DNA of 35,685 bases from a bacterium (GTDB taxonomy: Bacteria > UBP14 > UBA6098), in the NCBI GenBank assembly GCA_003645085.1, contig QNEE01000003.1, forward strand, positions 1 through 35,685. The letters run 5' to 3'. Position numbers and translations under genes: made by a program. Within the stretch, counting starts at the first letter, position 1, and each line of letters starts with the position of its first letter. This document shows, piece after piece, positions 26,392 through 35,685 of the stretch. Under the pieces are notes generated by a model. It had not been told where the DNA came from. It did not search any database and saw only the letters and a program-made list of their open reading frames with translations.

Positions 26392-29300
26392 TTGGCTTTA
26401 GCCGGTATCCGAAGGAAAATTCAGCTTTCCGATAAGTTTGGGGAATTAAGAAACCGTGTGGAGTCCGGCGATATACCCGAATTGGTCGGTATTTCTGGTT
26501 TCGCTACCGCTATAGTTGCGGACTTTCTGGTCCGCGAGCTTAACCGCACTGTTCTCTGGCTGGCCCCGGACGATACTTATAACCGCTGGCGCGATATTGT
26601 AGCAATACTCGGCGAAAAACGCGCTTTATATTTTCCCGAATGGGACATAGAACCATACGAACATAGGCTTCCAACACCGGATATCGTCGCTGCTCGCCTC
26701 GATACATATACGCGGTTAACCTCGGGCGAACCGGTTCTCGTGGTCGCAAGCCCGAAAGCACTTCTTTTCCCGACTATTCACCCCACCGCTTTTTCGGATT
26801 ATACAGCCCATATTTCAGTAGGAGACGAAATAAATCCAATCTGGCTTATCGGTAAACTAATCGGAACGGGTTACGAACGAGAGGACCTCGTGGAGTTTCT
26901 TGGCACGGTTTCGCGTCGTGGGGATGTCGTCGATGTATTCACTCCCACTTATAACGACCCGGTTCGGATAGAGTTTTTCGGCGACAAGGTGGAATCGATA
27001 AGGACATTTTCGGCGCAGAACCAACGGAGCCTCGAGCGTCTCGGAGAGGTCGTTATACCTCCGGCCAACGAATGGGCGAAACATTTCTGGCAACTCGGTG
27101 ATATCGATATCGAGACTCTCCGCGGCGAAACGCTCACCGCGTTCCACGGTTGTTTCAACAAAGACACGGAGGACGAGATTCTCTCGCGGATGCTTCTCGA
27201 CCGGCATCTCCCCGGCGAGATATGGTTCTCTACGGCATTGAAACCGGCACCATCCTGGCCCGACTCCTATTTGCCGGAGAATGCGATAATTCTGTGTGAG
27301 GAGCCGGAAGATGTCTTTTTAGAGGCGGATAATTTGCTGTTTCGCGCGGAGGACTATCATTTTGAGTTAACGCGTGAACACGAGCACCACATTCCTCCCG
27401 ACAGAATATTCGAGGATTCGGAGGCTTTCGCGGAGCGACTTTACCAACATACATTATTGCCTATAAGGCATTTTCAAACGTCGGGGAACGCTATCGACCT
27501 CGGTTTTCGTCCAATAGCGGGTATCTACGAGGGCCCGGTTGCGTTTCGTCGGGCAATCGAGCGTTTCAAGGAACAGGATTATAACCTCTGGATATTCTGT
27601 CAGAATAACTACCAACTGAGGCGTCTCGACGAAATTCTCCCGTCTGAGGAAAGCACACCCGCCGATGTCGCGGATATCTCTAGCAGTATGGTTCACGTTC
27701 CGAGTAAGCAGGTGGCTATCGCGGGAGCGGCGATTTTCGGAAAACGCAGGGCGGTAGCTCCGAAACGTCGTTACCGCGAGGGCAGCTTATACACACTACC
27801 GACCGGTCTTTGCCCGGGAGATTATATAGTCCATACCGACCACGGTATCGGGCTATTTATCGGCACAGAGACGGTAGAAAGCGGCGGTTTTTCCAGCGAA
27901 TGTCTCGTTCTGCAATACGCGGACGAGGAGAAGCTATACGTTCCAATCGAAGATTTCCATCTGGTCCAGAAATATATTGGAGGGGAACACGTAAAACTCG
28001 CTAAACTCGGCGGAGTCGCCTGGTCGCGAGCAAAGGAACGTGCGCGACGCGGGATAATGGCTCTCGCGGGGGAACTCGTTCAGCTTTACGCGCTCCGGGA
28101 GATTAGCGAGGGCTATTCGTTCCCGCCGGAGGACGAACTATCGCGGGCGTTAGCGGAATCGTTCGATTATATCGAAACTCGCGACCAGCTAAGCGCAATC
28201 GAAGACATTATGCGTGATATGGAGAAGGACCGCCCGATGGACCGACTTCAGGTCGGCGACGTCGGTTTCGGGAAGACCGAGGTCGCTATCAGGGCGGCGT
28301 TTAAGGCTGTCCGGGGAGACAAACAAGTTGCGGTTCTGGTGCCGACGACCGTCCTGGCGGACCAGCATTTCAGGACATTTACCGAGCGTCTGGCAAATTT
28401 CCCAGTTAATATCGAGATGTTATCTCGGTTTTGTAGCCCTAAAAAACAAAAAGCTATTATAGAAAGACTCGCGGAAGGCAAAATAGATATAGTTATAGGG
28501 ACACACAGAATTTTGTCGAAAGATATTAGCTTTAAGAATCTGGGGCTTCTGATTGTGGACGAGGAACAGCGTTTCGGCGTCAAACACAAAGAACGCATTA
28601 AGAACTGGCGGGCAAAAATCGATGTTTTAACTATGAGCGCCACCCCGATTCCCAGAACGTTGTATATGTCTTTGGCCGGGGTGCGCGATATGAGCACTAT
28701 CGACACGCCACCCGCCAGCAGACTACCGATATATACGCGCGTTGTGCCGTTTTCCGGCGACATTATCGCCGAGACAATCGAAAGAGAGATTTCTCGCGGC
28801 GGGCAGGTCTATTTCCTTCACAATCGAGTGGGCAGTATCGAAGCGATGGCGCACTGGTTGCGGAAACTCGTTCCGGACGCAAGATTTGCGGTTGCGCACG
28901 GCCAGATGAGCGAAAAAGACCTTTCTACAATAATACTCGAGTTCCTCGACCGCAGGTTCGATGTTCTTGTAACCACAACGATTATAGAATCGGGCACGGA
29001 TATTCCCAACGTAAATACGATTATTATAAACCGCGCGGATAAATTCGGAGTGGCGCAACTATATCAGCTTCGAGGGCGGGTCGGTCGGTCCGATGTGCAG
29101 GCATTCTGCTATTTGATTACACCGCCATACGGTAAAATGACCGCTAAAGCGAAAAAGCGGGTAAAAGCGCTTCTCGAACATTCCGACCTCGGCAGCGGTT
29201 TCGCTCTCGCGATGCGGGATATGGAAATCCGCGGCGCCGGAAATCTACTTGGAGCGCGGCAGCACGGTTTTGTCGAGGAGGTCGGACTCGATTTGTATAG

Positions 29301-29808
29301 CAAAATGCTTTCCGAGGCTGTAGCGGAACTCAAGGGCCAGAAACCGCCACATTTCGTCCCGGTCAACACGCAAGTCGATGTGCCGTTATTTATCCCGAAG
29401 GAGTATATTCTGAGCGCGGAAATCCGTATCGAGTTTTATCAGAGACTTTATATGTCCTCCGATGAAAAACGATTAAACGATATTAGAGCGGAAATGCTCG
29501 ACCGGTTCGGAACGCCGCCGGAAGAAGTTCTGACGCTTCTGGTTTATCTGAAAATGCGGCTGGCGGCGTCGAAAGTAAATCTGCCGCTTAAAGAGGTTAT
29601 ACTCAAGAAGGGCAAAGGGGCGTTTCTGTTCGCGAGAGAATGGCAGCCCGACCTCGCAAAACTCGACCGGGCGATATCTCCGCTCAACCTCGATACGAGT
29701 TTTCGTTGGAATCCTTTCGAGCTAAGATTCAATCTATCGGGCGAAGCGGCGAACGACCTGGTTGTGATGAAACGGATTGCAGAGTGCCTGATGGGAATAA
29801 AATCGTAA
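26392..29808 (+). CDS. mfd: Transcription-repair coupling factor
   Basis: RGDVVDVF, VH.DHGIG, MDRL..GDVGFGKTEVA, DEEQRFG, SATPIPRTL, QLRGRVGRS, DMEIRGAGNLLG, TRCF domain. Confidence 0.97.
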   Translation: MALAGIRRKIQLSDKFGELRNRVESGDIPELVGISGFATAIVADFLVRELNRTVLWLAPDDTYNRWRDIVAILGEKRALYFPEWDIEPYEHRLPTPDIVAARLDTYTRLTSGEPVLVVASPKALLFPTIHPTAFSDYTAHISVGDEINPIWLIGKLIGTGYEREDLVEFLGTVSRRGDVVDVFTPTYNDPVRIEFFGDKVESIRTFSAQNQRSLERLGEVVIPPANEWAKHFWQLGDIDIETLRGETLTAFHGCFNKDTEDEILSRMLLDRHLPGEIWFSTALKPAPSWPDSYLPENAIILCEEPEDVFLEADNLLFRAEDYHFELTREHEHHIPPDRIFEDSEAFAERLYQHTLLPIRHFQTSGNAIDLGFRPIAGIYEGPVAFRRAIERFKEQDYNLWIFCQNNYQLRRLDEILPSEESTPADVADISSSMVHVPSKQVAIAGAAIFGKRRAVAPKRRYREGSLYTLPTGLCPGDYIVHTDHGIGLFIGTETVESGGFSSECLVLQYADEEKLYVPIEDFHLVQKYIGGEHVKLAKLGGVAWSRAKERARRGIMALAGELVQLYALREISEGYSFPPEDELSRALAESFDYIETRDQLSAIEDIMRDMEKDRPMDRLQVGDVGFGKTEVAIRAAFKAVRGDKQVAVLVPTTVLADQHFRTFTERLANFPVNIEMLSRFCSPKKQKAIIERLAEGKIDIVIGTHRILSKDISFKNLGLLIVDEEQRFGVKHKERIKNWRAKIDVLTMSATPIPRTLYMSLAGVRDMSTIDTPPASRLPIYTRVVPFSGDIIAETIEREISRGGQVYFLHNRVGSIEAMAHWLRKLVPDARFAVAHGQMSEKDLSTIILEFLDRRFDVLVTTTIIESGTDIPNVNTIIINRADKFGVAQLYQLRGRVGRSDVQAFCYLITPPYGKMTAKAKKRVKALLEHSDLGSGFALAMRDMEIRGAGNLLGARQHGFVEEVGLDLYSKMLSEAVAELKGQKPPHFVPVNTQVDVPLFIPKEYILSAEIRIEFYQRLYMSSDEKRLNDIRAEMLDRFGTPPEEVLTLLVYLKMRLAASKVNLPLKEVILKKGKGAFLFAREWQPDLAKLDRAISPLNLDTSFRWNPFELRFNLSGEAANDLVVMKRIAECLMGIKS

Positions 29809-29843
29809 TCGAGGTTATAGTCTGGGAAAATAGATACACATAT

Positions 29844-29870
29844 AAAAACGGGAATTCCCTTTCGGTTTTT
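29844..29870. terminator. Possible weak bidirectional terminator
   Basis: Imperfect hairpin AAAAACGGGAA...TTCGGTTTTT between convergent genes. Confidence 0.3.
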
Positions 29871-30177
29871 AACCTACAACTCTCATCGGTCGCGGACCGA
29901 GCCCTGGGCTTTCCGGGTCTTTGTATTTCACCGCAAAATAGTAGATTACGCTGCCGAAAGGCACGAGCATAATCACCAGAATCCAGACCACCTGCTCGTT
30001 GGGATTATCGAAACGCTTTCGCGCACAATCGATAATCATAAGGATTTTCAGAATAAAAAGTGCGATACCGAGAGCGACCGCTGTCAACCAGACCATAATG
30101 TAGAATATCCAGAAAATTCCGCAGAATCCCGCGGCTATACCGGGGGCAATATCGGAATTTAAGAAAACCGGGGACAT
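29869..30177 (-). CDS. PLDc N-terminal domain membrane protein
   Basis: MIIDC...F......WILVI....FGS.IYYF motif; ATG at 30177 with RBS GGAGGA. Confidence 0.8.
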   Translation of the reverse strand: MSPVFLNSDIAPGIAAGFCGIFWIFYIMVWLTAVALGIALFILKILMIIDCARKRFDNPNEQVVWILVIMLVPFGSVIYYFAVKYKDPESPGLGPRPMRVVG

Positions 30178-30200
30178 TATTCCTCCATAGATTTCGACCA

Positions 30201-30614
30201 TTAAAAAGCGGTAATCTCGTATATCCAGTTTATAGCAAGAACAGCAATTAAACCCCATCTTTGGGCTTTTTTCCTTTTGTCGGTTATCGCCCATTTTTTA
30301 AGCGGTTTCCCGATGGAATATCCTATGGTCGCGACCAAACTCCATATAACGAACGCGAAGCCGCCTATTACGAACAGCGGATTTGCTTTTACCGCCTCGA
30401 TTATCTGGAATCGAGACAGCGCGACCAGAGCGGAACCGCTTCCGCAACCGACGCATCTTATCCCAAGAAGACTCCGGGAGGGACAAACAAGTATCTCTTC
30501 CGGAAGACGCGGAAGATACCATCTCGCGGCAGCGACCGCCGCAACTCCGGCAATCGCCCAGACACCGTGAATAGGATTAACGAAAGACCGTTCTTTCGCA
30601 TCAATATCCGCCAT
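30201..30614 (-). CDS. DUF2752 family membrane protein
   Basis: CP....GI.C.GCG...A..AL......EA...NP motif. Confidence 0.85.
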   Translation of the reverse strand: MADIDAKERSFVNPIHGVWAIAGVAAVAAARWYLPRLPEEILVCPSRSLLGIRCVGCGSGSALVALSRFQIIEAVKANPLFVIGGFAFVIWSLVATIGYSIGKPLKKWAITDKRKKAQRWGLIAVLAINWIYEITAF

Positions 30615-30621
30615 AATTGCT

Positions 30622-31434
30622 CTATCCAGCCATGCCGCCCATTAAGCCGGCGCCGATACCGGTAAATATCAGAAGCCCTGCAGCGAAACAGCAGCAAACG
30701 ATAATCGGGAGCAAGATAGCCAGCAGCGCTTTACCCTGAGAAATATCGTGCGCTTCACTCAGTCCCTTAACGTGGAGAACGAGCGCCCATATACTCGCGA
30801 CTGGCCCGCCGATTATCGGCACGACTTGTAAAACCTGAACACTTTGTGAAAAGGCCACCACCCGGAATGTGGCTTCATAATCCTCGTTCGCGCCGCCGAC
30901 AATCATCAGCATAAGATGATATATGCCGGCCCATACGAACGACCCAATCGCCACACCAATCGGTGCGATTATAATTCCTATAATGGCCCCGGCGATACCG
31001 GAGATAGTGCCCGCGGCAAACGAACCAACATCGGGCTGGATACCCAACATACCTTGTGCGCTAAAACCGATAAGATTCAGTAGAATCCCCCATATCTGGC
31101 CAAGAATCGCGCCGACGGTTCCGAGTATAATCGCGTAAATAAGCGGGCTTCCGAAACCGCCGGATAACGGCATTCGGGCGAAAAACTCCGACGGGCCGGT
31201 GAGAACCTCTTTGACGGTCTCGATTAGCGCGGTCCAGAAACCGAGTTCCTGCTGTTTTTCCCACGGTATTTCTTCTCTCGAATATTCCCCGCGCGGACCG
31301 CTCGGTTCTACTATTGGCGGGAGTTCGGGGGCCTTATCCGGGTCGAGTTGTTGTTCGGCAGGCACCATAGCCCCGCAATGTGTGCACCGGTCGTTCTCGA
31401 TAATGCCGCCGCAATAAGGGCATCGCTTGTCCAT
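30622..31434 (-). CDS. Yip1 family membrane protein with N-terminal zinc ribbon
   Basis: CPYC..CTHC; IPWE...LGF....ET.KEVL..P.EFF; YEATFRV.A; RBS AAGGAG. Confidence 0.85.
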   Translation of the reverse strand: MDKRCPYCGGIIENDRCTHCGAMVPAEQQLDPDKAPELPPIVEPSGPRGEYSREEIPWEKQQELGFWTALIETVKEVLTGPSEFFARMPLSGGFGSPLIYAIILGTVGAILGQIWGILLNLIGFSAQGMLGIQPDVGSFAAGTISGIAGAIIGIIIAPIGVAIGSFVWAGIYHLMLMIVGGANEDYEATFRVVAFSQSVQVLQVVPIIGGPVASIWALVLHVKGLSEAHDISQGKALLAILLPIIVCCCFAAGLLIFTGIGAGLMGGMAG

Positions 31435-31522
31435 AATCGCTCCTTTTTCTGAACGCTAAATAGAGTAATCCGTTTTGCTATACACTCTACTCCGGTATAT
31501 ATTCCAAGATGAATATTATTTT

Positions 31523-33316
31523 TTATAAGTCGATTATCTCGAAGACCACTCGCCTGTTGGATTGGCGCCCCTTCTCTGTTCCATTATCTGCGACGGGCTG
31601 AGTTTCGCCGTAGCCGCGCACGCGGAGCCGAGAGGCCTGAATATTATGTTCGATAAGCCAATCTGCAACCGATTGCGCCCGGTCGGTGGACAGTTTCAGG
31701 TTATAAGCTCGAGTTCCGATGCTGTCGGTGTGTCCGGCTATCTCCACGTAGAGGTTCTTATGTTCGAGCATAAAATCTCGGACTCTGTTAAGCTCTCCGA
31801 TAGACTCTGGTCTTAGCGTCGCCTTATCGAAATCGAAGAAAATGTTCTTTAATACCGTTTGTGCGCCCTTCTTAATTGGAGTAATAATGATATCGTGGTG
31901 AACCTCGTCGTATGCGGAGGCTTCGGTCAGGTCGAGGTGTGCGCTCGACGGCAGGTAGTCTTTTTTCTCGGCAACGTAACCGTAAGCTTCGCCTACCGGC
32001 AACACTATCATATACTCGCCGGTAACGTCGTTGCTGCGGGCTGCGCCGATATTTTCGCCGTTAGCGAGCCTTTCCCATGAAATATCCGCTCCCACCGGTG
32101 TCGAATCCGGTTCCATAACCTTGCCGGAAACGGTTACTACCGCGCCCGGTCTGGCGATTAGTGGTAGTGTGATTTTCCAGATATCGCTCATACCGTAACT
32201 GCCCTCGCCACTGGACACGAAGTAGGCGACATCGCCTTGCGCGGGAATCGTATAATATGCGTCCCAGCCGGCGGTGTTAACCTGTTTCCCGAGATTGACC
32301 GGCACAGACCATTTTGTCCAGGAGTCGTCGAGACGTTCCGCTTTGAACATATCTTGGCTTCCCAATCCGATATGACCGTTCGATGAGAAGTAGAGGCTTT
32401 TACCGTCGGGCGCGAGAAACGGGGTTCCGTCGGTTTCCGTGGTATTTATTGTCCGGCCTAAATTAAGAGGCGACGACCAGCTACCGTCAGGTTTCAGGAA
32501 ACAGACATACAGGTCCAAATCTCCGAAACTGTCTTCGCGTTCGAGAGCGAGTATGAGTTCTTTACCGCTGGCGGATAAAAAGGCACTGGTTAGGCGGTTT
32601 TCGTTATAGTAATCGTCGATATCGAGCGCTTCGGGGTCGCGCCAGCGTCCGCCGCGAAGGTGCGCCACGCTGTAACCGTTGTCTTTGTTCCCGCCGGGGA
32701 GGTAGATACCGGCCAGAAGAGCTGTAGTCCCATCGGGGGAAATCGAAAGAATGCCGTCGTGACCATCGGTATTTAGTGGTGGGCCTATATTTTCCGCCGG
32801 GAGCCATTTCCCGTCGGGGCCAAGGCGCGAGAGGTAAATATCCTGTTTCCCTTCACCTCGAGGGGAGCCATCTACGATAAAATACAAGGTTTTTCCGTCC
32901 GGGGATATAACCGGCGCGAGCTCCTCGTATCGGCTATTGACCGCCGGGCCGAGGTTTTCGACAATTATGCCCTTTTCCTCGGGGGCGGTTACTATTTCGA
33001 GAAGGGTTTCTATTCCGGCTTTTCTACGGGCGCCTTTGGTCTTTTTCAAGACCAATCTGAGTTCATCTGCCGCGGAATCCCAATCTTTCAGGCCGATATA
33101 AGCCCGGGCCATAATTTGATGAATCCTGATTTCGTCCTTCGCCTGGACGCCGGGCTTATTCAGACATTGCTCGAATATGTCGAGTGCGTCGTTATAGCGG
33201 CCATCATCGAGGGCCGAAACGCCCTTCTGGAAAAGTAGCGGCAGCCGCGCCTGAACGGTATATACTGGCATAATCAAAAGAGATGCGATTACGATAATCC
33301 TATAATAGTATCGCAT
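31523..33316 (-). CDS. OmpA family protein with TPR + PD40 propeller + carboxypeptidase-regulatory-like domain (PorE-like)
   Basis: Signal peptide, TPR, 'NLG..INT...P.ISPDG..LYF' repeats; C-terminal NIFFDFDK, GHTD, N.KLS..RA, GYGE..P, NRRV. Confidence 0.9.
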   Translation of the reverse strand: MRYYYRIIVIASLLIMPVYTVQARLPLLFQKGVSALDDGRYNDALDIFEQCLNKPGVQAKDEIRIHQIMARAYIGLKDWDSAADELRLVLKKTKGARRKAGIETLLEIVTAPEEKGIIVENLGPAVNSRYEELAPVISPDGKTLYFIVDGSPRGEGKQDIYLSRLGPDGKWLPAENIGPPLNTDGHDGILSISPDGTTALLAGIYLPGGNKDNGYSVAHLRGGRWRDPEALDIDDYYNENRLTSAFLSASGKELILALEREDSFGDLDLYVCFLKPDGSWSSPLNLGRTINTTETDGTPFLAPDGKSLYFSSNGHIGLGSQDMFKAERLDDSWTKWSVPVNLGKQVNTAGWDAYYTIPAQGDVAYFVSSGEGSYGMSDIWKITLPLIARPGAVVTVSGKVMEPDSTPVGADISWERLANGENIGAARSNDVTGEYMIVLPVGEAYGYVAEKKDYLPSSAHLDLTEASAYDEVHHDIIITPIKKGAQTVLKNIFFDFDKATLRPESIGELNRVRDFMLEHKNLYVEIAGHTDSIGTRAYNLKLSTDRAQSVADWLIEHNIQASRLRVRGYGETQPVADNGTEKGRQSNRRVVFEIIDL

Positions 33317-33467
33317 TTTATTCCTTTCTAGGCGGTCGATAACTAGGGTTGTTATTCTTTAGTGAACAGTAACTTAAAATAAATTTTTTTCTAACGCAAG
33401 CTTGTTTTGGTGTAAAAATAAATAATAGCTATGTATCGGAGTATTTAGGTTCTCCTGCGTAAAACGG

Positions 33468-33567
33468 GCTGGCACGCTCCGTGCGAGTTCCTCATAATGT
33501 ATATTGAAACTATATATCGGAAGCACGGATTCCCCACAAATATCCCAAAGACCACCCTCGCGCCAGC
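33468..33567 (-). repeat. 100-bp structured element, copy 2 (inverted relative to copy 1)
   Basis: 96/100 identity to the reverse complement of 14934-15033, counted by hand. Confidence 0.9.
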
Positions 33568-33724
33568 CCTTTATGTGGAGATGTTGAGTGAAAAATTGTC
33601 GAAGCGGTTCGACAGTTACCGAATATTAAGCGGTCTTCGGACTGGATTCTGGGGCTAGTATTGTGTGTATTGTTTCGGTTGTTGAATTATGTTTTTTAAG
33701 GTAACCGTTCTTTTCAGGTTAGGC

Positions 33725-33753
33725 TTGACAGCCTATCTATGCGCGTATAATTT
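33725..33753 (+). promoter_or_regulatory. Putative sigma70 promoter (leaderless) for the DUF192 gene
   Basis: TTGACA, then TATAAT (15-bp spacer) or TAATTT (17-bp spacer); ATG at 33761 without an SD sequence. Confidence 0.55.
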
Positions 33754-33760
33754 GAATTCA

Positions 33761-34246
33761 ATGAAAAAGACTTGTGCCATCGCGTGGATTGTCGCAATTC
33801 TGCTTTCCGGTTGTAAAGAAGAACCGGAGAGAGTTGGGAATACTCTGGAAATACAACCGGAGACTACTATCGTTAGCCAGCGTTACGAACCGAAACTGCC
33901 TACGAGGATTATCGAAGTCGACGGCAATCGGATTACTGTCGAGGTCGCGGATGAGCAAGCGGAACGGCAGAAAGGGCTGATGTTCCGGTCTCATATTCCC
34001 GATACTATTGGTATGCTCTTTATTTTCGATGAGGAAAAACCTCATTCTTTCTGGATGAGAAACACCTCGATACCTCTGGCAATAGCTTTTATCGCGACGG
34101 ACTCGACAATTACGGATATCAAGTGGATGAAACCACACGACGAGTCGCATTATTTTCCGTCTAAACCGATACTCTACGCCCTTGAGACTAATAGAGGCTG
34201 GTTTGTGAAACGGAATATAAAACCCGGAGCTAAAGTAGATTTCTGA
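33761..34246 (+). CDS. DUF192 family lipoprotein
   Basis: Lipobox LSGC; VEVA....ER.KGLMFR, GMLFIF, FWMRNT.IPL.IAF, YALE.N.G. Confidence 0.9.
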   Translation: MKKTCAIAWIVAILLSGCKEEPERVGNTLEIQPETTIVSQRYEPKLPTRIIEVDGNRITVEVADEQAERQKGLMFRSHIPDTIGMLFIFDEEKPHSFWMRNTSIPLAIAFIATDSTITDIKWMKPHDESHYFPSKPILYALETNRGWFVKRNIKPGAKVDF

Positions 34247-34261
34247 TAGCAGGAGGGGCAA

Positions 34262-34567
34262 TTGCGAATAAAAAATCATCCTATACTCGAGTTTAAGCGG
34301 GGCCGGAAAGTGAATTTTACTTTCGAGGGCCGTCAGATGACCGGTTACGAGGGCGAGCCGATAGCCGCGCCTCTTCACGATGCGGGGATTATGGTTCTTC
34401 GGCATTCGATACGGTATAACCGTCCGCGCGGTTTTTTCTGCGCTATCGGCCATTGCAGCAGTTGCCTAATGGAGGTCGATGGTCGTCCTAATGTCCGCGT
34501 TTGTGTCGAACCGTTAAAGGAGGGCATGGTCGTTCGCCGTCAGAAAGGGAAGGGGGAATTAAAATGA
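34262..34567 (+). CDS. 2Fe-2S iron-sulfur cluster-binding protein (sarcosine oxidase / proline dehydrogenase / HcnA-like subunit)
   Basis: RPRGFFCAIGHCSSCLM.VDG.PNVR.C; RBS AGGAGG with a TTG start. Confidence 0.88.
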   Translation: MRIKNHPILEFKRGRKVNFTFEGRQMTGYEGEPIAAPLHDAGIMVLRHSIRYNRPRGFFCAIGHCSSCLMEVDGRPNVRVCVEPLKEGMVVRRQKGKGELK

Positions 34568-35655
34568 TTGAAACCCCCGAAGTCCTTATAATAGGCGGCG
34601 GTCCTGCGGGACTGGCAGCGGCGAGAGAAACTGTTAAGGCCGGTTGCGAAACCGTCATTCTCGACGACGCTCTCGAGCTCGGCGGTCAGTTGGTCAAACA
34701 AACGCATAAATTCTTCGGTTCCGAAATGGAATATGCCGGTGTGCGAGGTATATGGATATCGGAGAAATTACTCGCGGAAATATCGGATAGCCCGAATTTT
34801 AAATATTATCTACATACCGATGCCAGCGGGCACTACGAGGACGGCGTTGTAACGGCGATATACCGGGGCGAGAAGGTTTTAAAATTCAAACCGGCGAAGA
34901 TAATAATCGCGACCGGCGCGACCGAGAAAACTATCCCGTTCCCGAATAACGACTTACCCGGCGTCTATGGCGCGGGAGCCGTCCAAACGCTTATGAACGT
35001 CTATGGCGTTCTGCCGGGAAAACGCGGGCTTATGGTAGGCGCGGGAAATATCGGACTTATAGTGAGTTACCAGTTGCGCCAGGCCGGCGTCGAGGTTGCC
35101 TGTATAGTCGAAGCGCTGGATAAAATCGGCGGATACTGGGTTCACGCCAGCAAAATCGCGCGTCTCGGAGTCCCGATACTCACGAGAACTACGATAACCG
35201 AAGCACTCGGCAAGGAACAGGTTACGGGGGCGATAATAACCGATATCGATGAAAACTGGCAACCAATCCCAGGGACCGAACGAGATGTCGAATGCGATTT
35301 CATATGTCTCGCAGTGGGTCTCTCGCCGCTGTCCGACCTTTTACGGCTCGCGGAATGCGAAATGGTCTATGTCCCGGAACTCGGAGGCGAGGTTCCTTAT
35401 CGAAACGACGAGATGGAAACTACTACAGCCGGAGTCTACGTTGCAGGAGACGCCGGCGGTATCGAGGAGGCTTCGAGCGCTATGATAGAGGGCGCACTCG
35501 CGGGGCTTTCCGCCGCCAATTCGCTCGGGAAAAGCATTCCCGATTTCGGTGAGCGGAAAAACGGCTTTCTCGCGGAACTCGAAAATCTCCGAAGCGGGCC
35601 TATAGGGAGCCACATCCGAGAAGGCTTATCAAAGTGTGTTCTCAAGGAGAAATGA
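34564..35655 (+). CDS. FAD/NAD(P)-dependent oxidoreductase (sarcosine oxidase alpha N-terminal / HcnB-like)
   Basis: IIGGGPAGLAAA, LGGQLVKQTHKFFG, ATGA.E, NDLPGV, VGAGNIG, VAGDA.GIEEA; ATG at 34564 overlaps the upstream stop. Confidence 0.9.
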   Translation: MIETPEVLIIGGGPAGLAAARETVKAGCETVILDDALELGGQLVKQTHKFFGSEMEYAGVRGIWISEKLLAEISDSPNFKYYLHTDASGHYEDGVVTAIYRGEKVLKFKPAKIIIATGATEKTIPFPNNDLPGVYGAGAVQTLMNVYGVLPGKRGLMVGAGNIGLIVSYQLRQAGVEVACIVEALDKIGGYWVHASKIARLGVPILTRTTITEALGKEQVTGAIITDIDENWQPIPGTERDVECDFICLAVGLSPLSDLLRLAECEMVYVPELGGEVPYRNDEMETTTAGVYVAGDAGGIEEASSAMIEGALAGLSAANSLGKSIPDFGERKNGFLAELENLRSGPIGSHIREGLSKCVLKEK

Positions 35656-35685
35656 TGCCATCGAAAATAGAAAGCACAGGAATCC
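35655..35685 (+). CDS. Start of the next operon gene (3'-partial)
   Basis: RBS AGGAG and an ATG overlapping the upstream TGA; reads MPSKIESTGI... Confidence 0.5.
   Translation, partial: MPSKIESTGI

Overview
Chromosomal window (roughly 48-50% GC by eye) from a diderm bacterium. It has sigma70-type promoters and Shine-Dalgarno sites but also T9SS/FlgD-like C-terminal sorting domains and a PorE-like OmpA protein, which suggests a non-Bacteroidota FCB-group lineage (inference). Most of it is housekeeping and envelope genes: the end of a giant YG-repeat surface/fibre protein plus a secreted partner; an aconitase-family/prsW/pfkB/CNNM/CNNM operon; lolD-mcsA-mcsB-like-panD-glmU(N-terminal only); DtxR-coaBC; HDIG-MFS; a Ycf48-like lipoprotein; thermonuclease-deoC-rlmH-mfd; Yip1/DUF2752/PLDc_N; DUF192; and the start of a 2Fe-2S/FAD oxidoreductase operon. 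The main items of interest are: (1) a 100-bp structured non-coding element present twice in inverted orientation (4 mismatches), each copy with its own different but self-complementary flanks; (2) an McsB homolog that has lost essentially all kinase motifs, next to an intact McsA and without ctsR/clpC; (3) a surface nuclease next to a DeoC carrying an encapsulation-peptide-like extension; (4) a decayed islet with a small ORF, missed by the ORF track, that overlaps a DUF2335 gene; (5) several REP-like palindrome families and apparent leaderless transcripts. No rRNA, tRNA, CRISPR array or intact transposase was seen.
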